A stretch of DNA of 53,335 nucleotides, taken from assembly GCA_050738535.1 (NCBI GenBank), contig JBOHZT010000001.1:1-53335 (forward strand), in the 5' to 3' direction. This stretch comes from Steroidobacteraceae bacterium. GTDB lineage: Bacteria; Pseudomonadota; Gammaproteobacteria; Steroidobacterales; Steroidobacteraceae. Below the pieces are notes generated by a model, which ran no database searches, was not told the DNA's origin, and saw only the letters and a list, made by a program, of their open reading frames with translations. The position numbers and the translations under genes were made by a program. Position 1 is the first letter of the stretch, and every line of letters starts with the position of its first letter. Below are positions 9,580 through 18,027 of the stretch, one piece after another.

Positions 9580-10452
9580 ATGGCAAGCGTCCACGACCGG
9601 GCCGCCGCCCGCCTCCTGCTTTCACCCGCGGTGATCGTGCTGATGGCCTGGATGGCCATCCCGCTCGCCATGACGCTGTGGTACTCGTTCCACGACTACC
9701 AGCTGCTGATGCCGCGGGTGCACGGATTCGTCGGACTCGGCAACTATGTCTACTTCCTGACCGGCCCCGGCTTCCTCGAGTCCCTTGCCAACACCTTCCT
9801 GCTGGTGGGCGGAGTGCTGGTGATCACCGTGGCCTGCGGCGTCGGCCTCGCGCTGCTGCTCGACCAGCCGATGCACGGCCGGGGGATCGTGCGCGTGCTC
9901 GCGATCTCGCCGTTTTTCGTCATGCCGACTGTCGCGGCGCTGGTCTGGAAGAACATGCTCATGAACCCCGTCAATGGGCTGTTCGCCTGGCTCGCACATG
10001 TGCTCGGGATGCATGCCATCGACTGGCTGGCGCAAGTGCCCTTGCTCTCGCTGACGATCATCGTTGCGTGGGGCTGGCTGCCCTTTGCGACGCTGATCCT
10101 GCTCACGTCCCTGCAATCCCTCGATCGGGAGCAGAAGGAGGCGGCCGAGATGGACGGGGCAGGCGCCGCGCGCCGCTTCGTGCATGTCATTCTGCCGCAC
10201 CTCGCGCGGGCGATCACGATCGTCGTCCTCCTGCAGACGATCTTCCTGCTGTCGCTGTTCGCGCAGATCTTCGTGACCACGAACGGCGGGCCGGGCACCG
10301 AGAGCGCCAATCTCGCTTACCTGATCTATACCCAGGCGCTGCTGCATTTCGACGTGGGGGGCGCATCCGCGGGCGGCGTGATCGCTGTCGTGTTCGCAAA
10401 CATCCTGGCCATCGTTCTGATGCGCCTGGTCGGCAAGAACCTGGAAGCGTGA
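9580..10452 (+). CDS. mtlF: Sugar/polyol ABC transporter permease (MalF-like)
   Basis: 6-TM permease with EAA loop 'QKEAAEMDGAGAARRFVHVILP'. Tightly linked to the binding-protein gene. Confidence 0.8.
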   Translation: MASVHDRAAARLLLSPAVIVLMAWMAIPLAMTLWYSFHDYQLLMPRVHGFVGLGNYVYFLTGPGFLESLANTFLLVGGVLVITVACGVGLALLLDQPMHGRGIVRVLAISPFFVMPTVAALVWKNMLMNPVNGLFAWLAHVLGMHAIDWLAQVPLLSLTIIVAWGWLPFATLILLTSLQSLDREQKEAAEMDGAGAARRFVHVILPHLARAITIVVLLQTIFLLSLFAQIFVTTNGGPGTESANLAYLIYTQALLHFDVGGASAGGVIAVVFANILAIVLMRLVGKNLEA

Positions 10453-10456
10453 AGCC

Positions 10457-11287
10457 ATGGCCGATCTGACACCCAGGCGGCGCAAGCTCGCCATCACGAT
10501 CATCGCGTGGACGGTGGCCCTCGTGATCTTCTTCCCGATCCTCTGGATGGTGTTGACCTCGTTCAAGACGGAAGGCGAAGCCGTGGCGATCCCGCCGAAG
10601 TTCGTGTCCTTCCACTGGACCACCGCGAACTACGCTGAGGTCTGGGCGCGCACGCAGTATCTGCGGTACTTCGGCAACTCCGTCGTCATCTCGCTCGGCT
10701 CTTCCGTCATCGGGCTGGGACTCGCGATACCGGCGGCCTGGGCGTTGGCTTTCTCGCCCACACGGTATACCCGTCTGGTTCTGATGTGGATGCTGTCGAC
10801 GCAGATGCTGCCCGCCGTCGGCGTGCTCGTGCCGGTCTACCTGCTGTGCGAGCGGGCCGGGCTGCTCGACACCCGCTCGGGACTCGTCATAGTGCTGATG
10901 CTGAGCAACCTGCCGATCATGGTGTGGATGCTGTTCACGTACTTCAAGGAGATCCCCCGCGAGATTCTCGAAGCCGCGCGCATGGACGGGGCCACTCCCG
11001 GTCACGAGCTGCTGCACATCCTCGCACCCATGGCCCTTCCGGGCATCGCTTCGACACTGCTGCTCAACGTCATCCTGGCGTGGAACGAGTCCTTCTGGAC
11101 GCTCAACCTCACGGCCGCAGGAGCGGCTCCGCTGACGGCCTTCATCGCCTCCTTTTCCGCGCCCGAAGGCCTCTTCTACGCGAAGCTGTCCGCCGCCTCG
11201 ACGCTCGCGATCGCGCCCATCGTGGTGCTCGGGTGGCTGGCGCAAAAGCAACTGGTCCGCGGCCTGACGTTCGGCGCGGTGAAATAG
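10457..11287 (+). CDS. mtlG: Sugar/polyol ABC transporter permease (MalG-like)
   Basis: EAA loop '[22 protein letters not shown]'. There is a 4-nt gap to the upstream permease gene. Confidence 0.8.
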   Translation: MADLTPRRRKLAITIIAWTVALVIFFPILWMVLTSFKTEGEAVAIPPKFVSFHWTTANYAEVWARTQYLRYFGNSVVISLGSSVIGLGLAIPAAWALAFSPTRYTRLVLMWMLSTQMLPAVGVLVPVYLLCERAGLLDTRSGLVIVLMLSNLPIMVWMLFTYFKEIPREILEAARMDGATPGHELLHILAPMALPGIASTLLLNVILAWNESFWTLNLTAAGAAPLTAFIASFSAPEGLFYAKLSAASTLAIAPIVVLGWLAQKQLVRGLTFGAVK

Positions 11288-11297
11288 GAGGATCGGC

Positions 11298-12299
11298 ATG
11301 GCAGGCATCGCGCTGAGGAACGTTTCCAAGGCCTTCGGGCGGGTCGAGGTCATCCGGGATCTCGACCTCGAGATCGAGGACGGCGAGTTGGTCGTCTTCG
11401 TCGGCCCGTCGGGCTGCGGAAAATCGACGCTGCTGCGGCTGATCGCCGGGCTCGAGGAGGTGAGCGCTGGGGAGGTGCTGATCGGCGGGCGCAACGTGAC
11501 GCATCTGCCGCCGGCGCGGCGCGCATTGTCGATGGTCTTCCAGTCATATGCGCTGTATCCGCACATGAGCGTGCGCGAGAACATCGCCTTTCCCCTGAGG
11601 ATGGCTCGCGAAGACAAGGCCGCGGCCAGTCAACGTGTGCTCGAGGCCGCGCGCATTCTCAATCTCGAGGACCATCTCGACCGCAAGCCGCGCGAGCTCT
11701 CCGGCGGGCAGCGGCAGCGAGTGGCCATCGGCCGCGCCATCGTCCGACAGCCGGCCGCGTTCCTGTTCGATGAGCCGCTTTCGAACCTCGATGCCGCCTT
11801 GCGCGTCAGCATGCGGCTCGAGATCGCAACGCTCCACCGCCGGCTCGGCACCACCATGATCTACGTGACTCACGACCAGATCGAGGCCATGACGCTGGCC
11901 GACCGGATCGTCGTGTTCAACGCCGGCAGCGTGGAGCAGGTCGGCTCACCCTTGGAGGCGTATCACCGTCCGGCGACGGTGTTCGTGGCCGGCTTCATCG
12001 GCTCGCCGCGGATGAACCTGCTGAGCGGCGCCGAGGCGAGGCGGCACGGCGCCGCCACCGTCGGCATCCGCCCGGAGCACCTGTCGTTCTCGGCGATCGA
12101 GGGCAGATGGTGTGGCGCGGTGGAGCTCACCGAGCATCTGGGCTCCGACTCCATCGTTCACGTCGAGGTCGATGGTATCGGCACCCTCGCGGTCCGCGCG
12201 CCCGGCGATATCGACGTGCGTCCGGGCGAGTCGCTCTGGTTGACTCCCGACGAGACGCGGCTGCATCGCTTCGATGAACGGGGCCGGGCGATCCGGTAG
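11298..12299 (+). CDS. mtlK: Sugar/polyol ABC transporter ATP-binding protein (MalK/UgpC-like)
   Basis: Walker A 'GPSGCGKST', signature '[10 protein letters not shown]', Walker B 'FLFDEPLS', and a C-terminal TOBE-like regulatory domain. Confidence 0.85.
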   Translation: MAGIALRNVSKAFGRVEVIRDLDLEIEDGELVVFVGPSGCGKSTLLRLIAGLEEVSAGEVLIGGRNVTHLPPARRALSMVFQSYALYPHMSVRENIAFPLRMAREDKAAASQRVLEAARILNLEDHLDRKPRELSGGQRQRVAIGRAIVRQPAAFLFDEPLSNLDAALRVSMRLEIATLHRRLGTTMIYVTHDQIEAMTLADRIVVFNAGSVEQVGSPLEAYHRPATVFVAGFIGSPRMNLLSGAEARRHGAATVGIRPEHLSFSAIEGRWCGAVELTEHLGSDSIVHVEVDGIGTLAVRAPGDIDVRPGESLWLTPDETRLHRFDERGRAIR

Positions 12300-12338
12300 G
12301 ACCGGCGGCACTCCACACCAAACCTAGCCTCGAGGTAA

Positions 12339-14582
12339 GTGAATACGATGATAGAGTTCTTCGGCAAGCGCATCGAGAGCGCCATCTTCGATATGGATGG
12401 CACCATGTTCGACACCGAGCGGCTGCGGTTCCACACGATCCGCCGGGCGTCCCTCGAGCTCGCGGGCCGGCCCATCGAGGACCGCACGCTCCTCGGCTCG
12501 CTAGGGTTGAGCGCCGTGCGCGCCGAGGCGCTCGCCAAGGAGCACTACGGCGAGGATTACCCCTACCGGGCGATCAGGCATCGCGCGGATGAGCTGGAGC
12601 TCGAGCATGTGCGCGCGCACGGCGTGCCCGTCAAGCCTGGGCTGCGGCAGGTCCTCGAGCGGCTGCGGCGCAGCGGCCTGACGATGGCCGTCGCCACCTC
12701 GAGCCGCCGCAGCCTCGCCGAGGAATATCTCATCAACGCCAACGTCCTGAAGTACTTCGACATCACGGTCTGCGGCGACGAAGTGCGCCGCGGCAAGCCG
12801 CACCCGGAGATCTTCCTACAGGCCGCCGCCGAGCTCAGCCGCCCGCCGCAGCGGTGCCTCATGGTCGAGGACTCCGAGAACGGCCTGCTGGCGGCGAGCG
12901 AGGCCGGCGGACAGCCGGTGCTGATCCACGACATCAAGGCACCGCGAGCCGAGGTCGAAAAGCGCGCGCTCAAGAGCTATGCGAGCATGCTCGACCTCCT
13001 CGTGGATCTCGCGGACTGCGTCGCCAAGCCCGGCATGCCGGCGCTCACCGATCCGTTCCCGCAGACGATCAATCGGCTGCAGGTCGGCATTCACGGCTTC
13101 GGCGCCATGGGCGGTGGCTACCTGACACAGGTGTTCTCGCACTGGGACGGCTACACCCGGCCTCGGGAGATCGTCGGCATCACGAGCGATCGCGCGCTGC
13201 GCGAGGCGGTCAACGCGTTCGGCAAGTTCAGTGTCCGCTACAACAAGCATGCCTTCGACCAGACCATCGACTACGTGCGGCTGGTCGACATGGCGGACGA
13301 GGAAGCCGTCGTCGCGATGTATCGCGATTCTGTGATCGTCGGTCTGGCGTTGCCGGAGCAGGCGATCCGACATCAGGCGCCGATCATCGCGCGGGGGCTC
13401 CTAGGCCGGCACGCGGACGGCGGAGGGGACCTGACCATCCTGGTCGTGCTGAACAAGGTCCACGGTGCCAGCTTCGTGCGCCGGCACATCGAGAGCGCGC
13501 TCTGCGCCATGACGAACCGGTTCGAGAGCGCGCGAATCCTCGCCGGCGTCCATTTCGCCGAGACCGTGGTCAGTCGGATCGTCAGCCGTCTCGGCCAGGA
13601 GCGTCTCCTGCGGCAGCTGCGGATCAAATGCGAGCTGCTCGAGAAGAACCTCGCCGCCGTGCGTGATGCGCGGGTGGCGTTGGCCGGGACGGTGGACGAG
13701 GAGCCGCAATCCCAGCTCGACCGGCGTTTGAAAGTGCTGCAGGGGGCGTCTGATCCGGCGCGCGCGCTGAGCGAGCTGCACCTCATCCTGTTCTACAGCG
13801 AGCCGGACATGCTGCTGTACGCGCAGGGCGGCGGACCGATCGTGAGCCGCCTGCGGCAGGTGAAGACGGTCGATGACATCACGGATATTCAGCTCATCAA
13901 GAATCGTCTGTGGAACGGGACGCACGCGATCGTCGCCTGGTACTCGAGCTTGCTCGGCCATGCGACCATCGGGCGTGGCATGGGCGATGCGCGCGTGATG
14001 GCGCTCATGCGGCAGGTGGTCGACAAGGAGATCCAGCCGGCGCTGCTGCGCGAGATCCCGGAGCTCGCGGCAATCATCAACGCATGGATGCGGCCGTTCA
14101 TCGATCGCTGCCGCTCCTCGTTCAAGGATCCCTGCCGGCGGGTCGGGCGCGATCCCCTGCGCAAGCTCCGGCGCAGCGAGCGCATACTCGGCGGCCTCAT
14201 GCTCGCCAGAAAGCACGGTATTCCGACCCCCGGGCTCGAATTCGCCATTGCGCTCGCGCTGCGCTATGCGCTGAGCGACGCAGCCGGGGATGACGCGGAG
14301 TGCGAGCTGATCCGTCGGATTCTGGATAGAACACCGTCCGTCGAGGCCGTTCTCACCTATCGAGGCGAATACAACGGCCATCCCTACCAGGGGCTCGATC
14401 CGGCGGCGGATGCCGCGCTGATCGCCTCGGTCCAGGGGCATTTCGAGAAACTCGCGGATCTCGACAGCCCGCATTGGCAATGGCCGCTGCGGTTCGCGCG
14501 GCGTACCGCTGCCGACCGCTCGCCGGAGGAGGCTGAGTCGGGCACTGCAGGCCGGCGCCCCAGGGCGGTAGGCGGATCGTGA
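12339..14582 (+). CDS. Fusion protein: N-terminal HAD (beta-PGM-like) phosphatase and C-terminal mannitol-1-phosphate 5-dehydrogenase-like domain
   Basis: HAD motifs I-IV: 'FDMDGTMFDTE', 'AVATSS', 'RGKPHPEIF', 'VEDSENGLLAASEAG'. The C-terminal ~500 aa are collinear with E. coli MtlD ('HGFGAMGGGY', 'VVLNKVHGASF', 'AETVVSRIVS', 'NRLWNGTHAIVAWYSSLLGHATI', 'CRRVGRDPLRKLRRSERILGGL'). The start is GTG at 12339 or ATG at 12348. Confidence 0.75.
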   Translation: MNTMIEFFGKRIESAIFDMDGTMFDTERLRFHTIRRASLELAGRPIEDRTLLGSLGLSAVRAEALAKEHYGEDYPYRAIRHRADELELEHVRAHGVPVKPGLRQVLERLRRSGLTMAVATSSRRSLAEEYLINANVLKYFDITVCGDEVRRGKPHPEIFLQAAAELSRPPQRCLMVEDSENGLLAASEAGGQPVLIHDIKAPRAEVEKRALKSYASMLDLLVDLADCVAKPGMPALTDPFPQTINRLQVGIHGFGAMGGGYLTQVFSHWDGYTRPREIVGITSDRALREAVNAFGKFSVRYNKHAFDQTIDYVRLVDMADEEAVVAMYRDSVIVGLALPEQAIRHQAPIIARGLLGRHADGGGDLTILVVLNKVHGASFVRRHIESALCAMTNRFESARILAGVHFAETVVSRIVSRLGQERLLRQLRIKCELLEKNLAAVRDARVALAGTVDEEPQSQLDRRLKVLQGASDPARALSELHLILFYSEPDMLLYAQGGGPIVSRLRQVKTVDDITDIQLIKNRLWNGTHAIVAWYSSLLGHATIGRGMGDARVMALMRQVVDKEIQPALLREIPELAAIINAWMRPFIDRCRSSFKDPCRRVGRDPLRKLRRSERILGGLMLARKHGIPTPGLEFAIALALRYALSDAAGDDAECELIRRILDRTPSVEAVLTYRGEYNGHPYQGLDPAADAALIASVQGHFEKLADLDSPHWQWPLRFARRTAADRSPEEAESGTAGRRPRAVGGS

Positions 14583-14617
14583 TCGTGCGGATCGAGGCTA
14601 GATGGAAGTTCGCGGCA

Positions 14618-14797
14618 TCATCGTGCCCTTTCAGATGGGCGGTGTACCTGGCATAAGAGCGTCACGCGCCGCAGCCTTAGCGCGTTGCCGATGACCGATA
14701 CGGAGCTCAAGCTCATCGCCGCCGCGGCAATCATGGGGCTCAGGATGACCCCGAAGGCGGGGAAAAGGACGCCGGCAGCGAGCGGAATGCCGATGAC
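14618..14797 (-). pseudogene. C-terminal relic (last two TM helices) of a heavy-metal P1B-type ATPase
   Basis: The tail of ORF 14618..15229(-) reads '[44 protein letters not shown]', the conserved CopA/ZntA C-terminus. No upstream ATPase domains are present, because the MAPEG gene begins at 14881. Confidence 0.55.
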
Positions 14798-14880
14798 GCC
14801 CCGACGGCCAGGCAACCCAGCGCGAACACGGCGGTGGAAAACGTGAGCGGCCAGGAGGCCGCGCCCAGCGCCTCCGGGGC

Positions 14881-15279
14881 TCACCCGGTCGCCATGAGAT
14901 ACGCAATCCTTCCCAGAGCGCCGAGCGAAAGCACGAACACCGCCATCGATTGGATGAAGAATCCCGGGAAGCGCTTCTGCGGAGCGGCGATGTAGCCCAA
15001 GAAATACAAGATTCGGCCGAGAATCCATATCCCGCCGACGATTGCCGCCCAGGTCGGACTCCAATACATCGCAAACAGCCACAGGGCAGGCAGAAAGATC
15101 GGTGTCCATTCGAGCGTATTGATGTGCGCCCGGATGCAACGCTCGAGGTAAGCGTCTCCCGTCATGACGGGCGCGAGGATGCCCGCCTTCGAATGAGCAC
15201 GCGCGACGGTCAGAGCCATGCCGAAGCATACGAGTCCGGCGAGCAATGTGACGATCGCGACCCCGTAATACGCTTGCAC
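14881..15279 (-). CDS. MAPEG-family membrane protein (microsomal glutathione S-transferase-like)
   Basis: About 132 aa with 4 TM helices. Motifs '[20 protein letters not shown]' and '[10 protein letters not shown]'. The start was chosen at a GTG preceded by GGAGG ('ttGGAGGctgtcGTG'). The listed ORF extends to 15384. Confidence 0.7.
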   Translation of the reverse strand: MQAYYGVAIVTLLAGLVCFGMALTVARAHSKAGILAPVMTGDAYLERCIRAHINTLEWTPIFLPALWLFAMYWSPTWAAIVGGIWILGRILYFLGYIAAPQKRFPGFFIQSMAVFVLSLGALGRIAYLMATG

Positions 15280-15435
15280 GACAGCCTCCAATCGAAATCG
15301 AGGAACATGGCGTTTTTCTAGCCGACGAGCTCTGCGTCGATTACCGCGAGGGCGATGCGGCTGATCGATTCGAGCATGGGCCACCTCGGCGGATGTACCG
15401 CTCCATGATACCAGCCGGGAGATCGTTCGCTGGTG

Positions 15436-16341
15436 CTAGAGTGCCGCGCGCGCCAGCCGCTCGCGCAGGCCGGGAATCGCGCAATCGATGAATGCGCGCA
15501 GCTTCAGCGGCAACCGGTTGTGTCTCGCGTAGACCAGATGCACTGGCAACGGTGGTCCTTCGAAGCCTTCGAGTACGACCGTCATCCTCCCGGCGCGCAC
15601 GAGCTCAACCACCTGGTAGGACATCGCGCGGATCAGACCCGCGCCGGCGAGCCCTGCGTCGATCGCCGCGTCGATCGTATCGACGCTCAACCGGGAGCGA
15701 AAAGTGACGCGCGCCGCGCTGTCGCCGGACCCGAAGGTCCACGTGGTCGGCGACGCCACGTTCTCGAAGGAGATCACGTTGTGCAGCCCCAGATCCCCGG
15801 GCGTCGCGGGAATGCCGCTCGATGCGAGATAGTCGGGGCTGGCGCAGGTCACGCGTCGGACTTCCCCCAGGCGGTTCGCGACCAAGTTGCCGTCCGACAG
15901 CGCGCCAACCCGAACCGCGACGTCGATTTGGTCGTCCGGGAAATGAGCGATACGGTCGGCCAGCGTCAGGCTGACGGCGATCTCGGGGAACCTCGATAAG
16001 AATTCCGTCACGACCGGCAGCACGTGCAGCCGGCCGAGCATGATCGGTGCGGTGACCACCAGATCGCCTCGCGGCGCGGTGTATTCGCCGGACGCCGCAC
16101 GTTCCACCTCGCTCAACTGCTCCAGGATCGCCTTTGCCGCCGTGACGTAGGCGCGGCCTGTCGGCGTCAGCTCGAGGCCCTTGGTCGACCGGATCAGTAG
16201 CGTCGCCTTCAGGTGCGATTCCAGTTCGGCGACCTTACGGCTGATGGTCGCGAGCGGCAGATGCAGCTCGCGGCTCGCCTTGGACAGGCTGCCGTGCTCC
16301 ACGGCGGCGAGCAGCAGTGTCATGGCTTCCAAGCGATCCAA
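15436..16341 (-). CDS. LysR-family transcriptional regulator
   Basis: N-terminal wHTH '(M)DRLEAMTLLLAAVEHGSLSKASRELHLPLATISRKVAELE' and a LysR substrate-binding domain. TTG start. Divergent from the hydrolase gene. Confidence 0.9.
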   Translation of the reverse strand: MDRLEAMTLLLAAVEHGSLSKASRELHLPLATISRKVAELESHLKATLLIRSTKGLELTPTGRAYVTAAKAILEQLSEVERAASGEYTAPRGDLVVTAPIMLGRLHVLPVVTEFLSRFPEIAVSLTLADRIAHFPDDQIDVAVRVGALSDGNLVANRLGEVRRVTCASPDYLASSGIPATPGDLGLHNVISFENVASPTTWTFGSGDSAARVTFRSRLSVDTIDAAIDAGLAGAGLIRAMSYQVVELVRAGRMTVVLEGFEGPPLPVHLVYARHNRLPLKLRAFIDCAIPGLRERLARAAL

Positions 16342-16443
16342 TGGACCTCTCGCTGGATGGGAGGATCGTTCTCGATTTTACCGACTAGCGGCTGATTCCG
16401 GAAGGCCACACGATGCAGGTGCCAGCCACAGGAGAGACGCGCC

Positions 16444-17286
16444 ATGAGCCTCGTCAACTATCGGACCGCGGATGTGGGGATCAAGATCTTCTATCGGGAG
16501 GCCGGTGCGCCGAGCGCTCCAAAGCTGCTGTTGCTCCATGGCTTCCCGAGCGCGAGTCACATGTTCCGGGATCTCATCCCGCTCCTGGCGGATCGCTTCC
16601 ACGTCGTTGCGCCCGATCTGCCGGGTTTCGGCAAGTCCGACATGCCGGGCGCGCCCCATGGTTTCGAGGGGATCGCGCAATGGATCGATCGCTTCACGCA
16701 GGCCGTCGGCTTCGATCGCTACGCCGTCTATATCTTCGATTACGGGGCGCCGACGGGCTTGCGGCTCGCGGTGAAATACCCCGAGCGGATCACCGCGATC
16801 ATCTCTCAGAACGGCAACGCCTATGAGGAGGGGTTGAGTGACGGCTGGAATCCGATCCGGGCCTATTGGCAGGATCCTTCCCAGGTCAATCGCGAGGCGC
16901 TGCGCGGCTTTCTGACGCCGCAGACCACGATCTGGCAGTACACGCACGGGGTTTCCGACCCGACGAAGGTCTCGCCGGATGGATACTCTCTCGACAACTT
17001 CTACCTGACCAAGCCCGGCATGACCGAGCTGCAGCTCGACTTGTTCGGCGACTACAAGAGCAACGTCGCGCTCTATCCGACCTTCCAGCAGTATTTGCGG
17101 ACGCACAAGCCGCCCTTGCTCGCGGTCTGGGGCAAGAACGATCCGTTCTTCCTGCCTCCAGGCGCCGAAGCATTCAAACGCGACGTTCCGGCGGCGGTGG
17201 TCCGTTTCTTCGACACGGGGCATTTCGCACTGGAGACTCACGCCGCTGAGATCGCGGCAGCCATCCGGGACTTTCTGCCGAGGTGA
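16444..17286 (+). CDS. Alpha/beta-fold hydrolase (epoxide hydrolase/haloalkane dehalogenase-like, Asp nucleophile)
   Basis: 'LLLLHGFPSASHMFRDLIPLLADRFHVVAPDLPGFGKSD', nucleophile elbow 'IFDYGAP', and a C-terminal 'DTGHFALETH'. Confidence 0.8.
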   Translation: MSLVNYRTADVGIKIFYREAGAPSAPKLLLLHGFPSASHMFRDLIPLLADRFHVVAPDLPGFGKSDMPGAPHGFEGIAQWIDRFTQAVGFDRYAVYIFDYGAPTGLRLAVKYPERITAIISQNGNAYEEGLSDGWNPIRAYWQDPSQVNREALRGFLTPQTTIWQYTHGVSDPTKVSPDGYSLDNFYLTKPGMTELQLDLFGDYKSNVALYPTFQQYLRTHKPPLLAVWGKNDPFFLPPGAEAFKRDVPAAVVRFFDTGHFALETHAAEIAAAIRDFLPR

Positions 17287-17998
17287 TGGCGATGTTCGAC
17301 TCGGTTGCCGCCGTGACGGGCGCGAGCCAGGGCATCGGCCGAGCCACCGCCGTGCGCCTCGCGCGCGACTTCTCGGCGCTGGTCCTGGTGGCGCGCAACC
17401 GGGAAAATCTGGAGCGGACCGCGGAAGCCGTCCGAGCCGCCGGCGCCGAGGCGCTGGTCATCGAGGCGGATCTGCGCCGACCGGACGCGGCTCGAGCAGT
17501 GGTCGACCGAATCATGACCGGCTGCAGCCGCATCGACGCGCTTCTCAACATCGCGGGAGCCGTGCCGCAGCTCGATCTCTTCGAGATGACCGACGCCCAA
17601 TGGGACGACGGAATGGCGCTGAAGCTCCACGGCGCGCGGCGGCTGACGATTGCCGCCCGAAGGCCCCGTATGCCGCCGTCGGCACGATCAATGCCGCGAT
17701 CGTCGCCTTGGCCAAGGCGTTCTCGGATCGCGGTATCCGGGACGGCGTCCAGGTGAACAGCGTCCTGCCTGGGCCGGTGATGACCGGCCGCCGCCGCTCG
17801 TACCTCGAGCACTGGGCGCCGCGGCATGAGATGACGGTGGAAGAGGCCGCCGCCAGGTTTCCGCAGGAGGCCGGCGTCGCGCGCTATGGCGAGCCGGAGG
17901 AAATCGCGCAGCTGATGGCCTTCCTCGTGTCGCCCGGCGCGCGCTGGATGACGGGCTCGACGCTGCGCATGGACGGCGGCGAGGTGATGTCAATCTGA
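17283..17998 (+). pseudogene. Short-chain dehydrogenase/reductase (SDR), frameshifted with an apparent small internal deletion
   Basis: ORF 17283..17756 carries 'VTGASQGIGRA' and 'NIAG'. ORF 17600..17998, in another frame, carries 'PYAAVGTINAAIVALAKAFSDRGIRDGVQVNSVLPGPV...MTGSTLRMDGG'. The frames meet near 17640-17660. The spacing between NIAG and the Tyr region is about 25 aa shorter than in typical SDRs. Confidence 0.6.
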
Positions 17999-18027
17999 GG
18001 GAACTTCCGGGTGCGGCGCAGGGCGGC

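Noticed and set aside
9622-11617. Large minus-strand ORFs of 333 aa and 467 aa.
   Set aside because: They are antisense to the ABC permease and ATPase genes, which carry clear EAA-loop and Walker motifs. The composition is His/Arg/Asp-rich nonsense.
16336-16359. ATCCA-N13-TGGAT inverted repeat, considered as a LysR box.
   Set aside because: It overlaps the LysR start codon, and the spacing does not fit the classical T-N11-A motif. There is not enough support.
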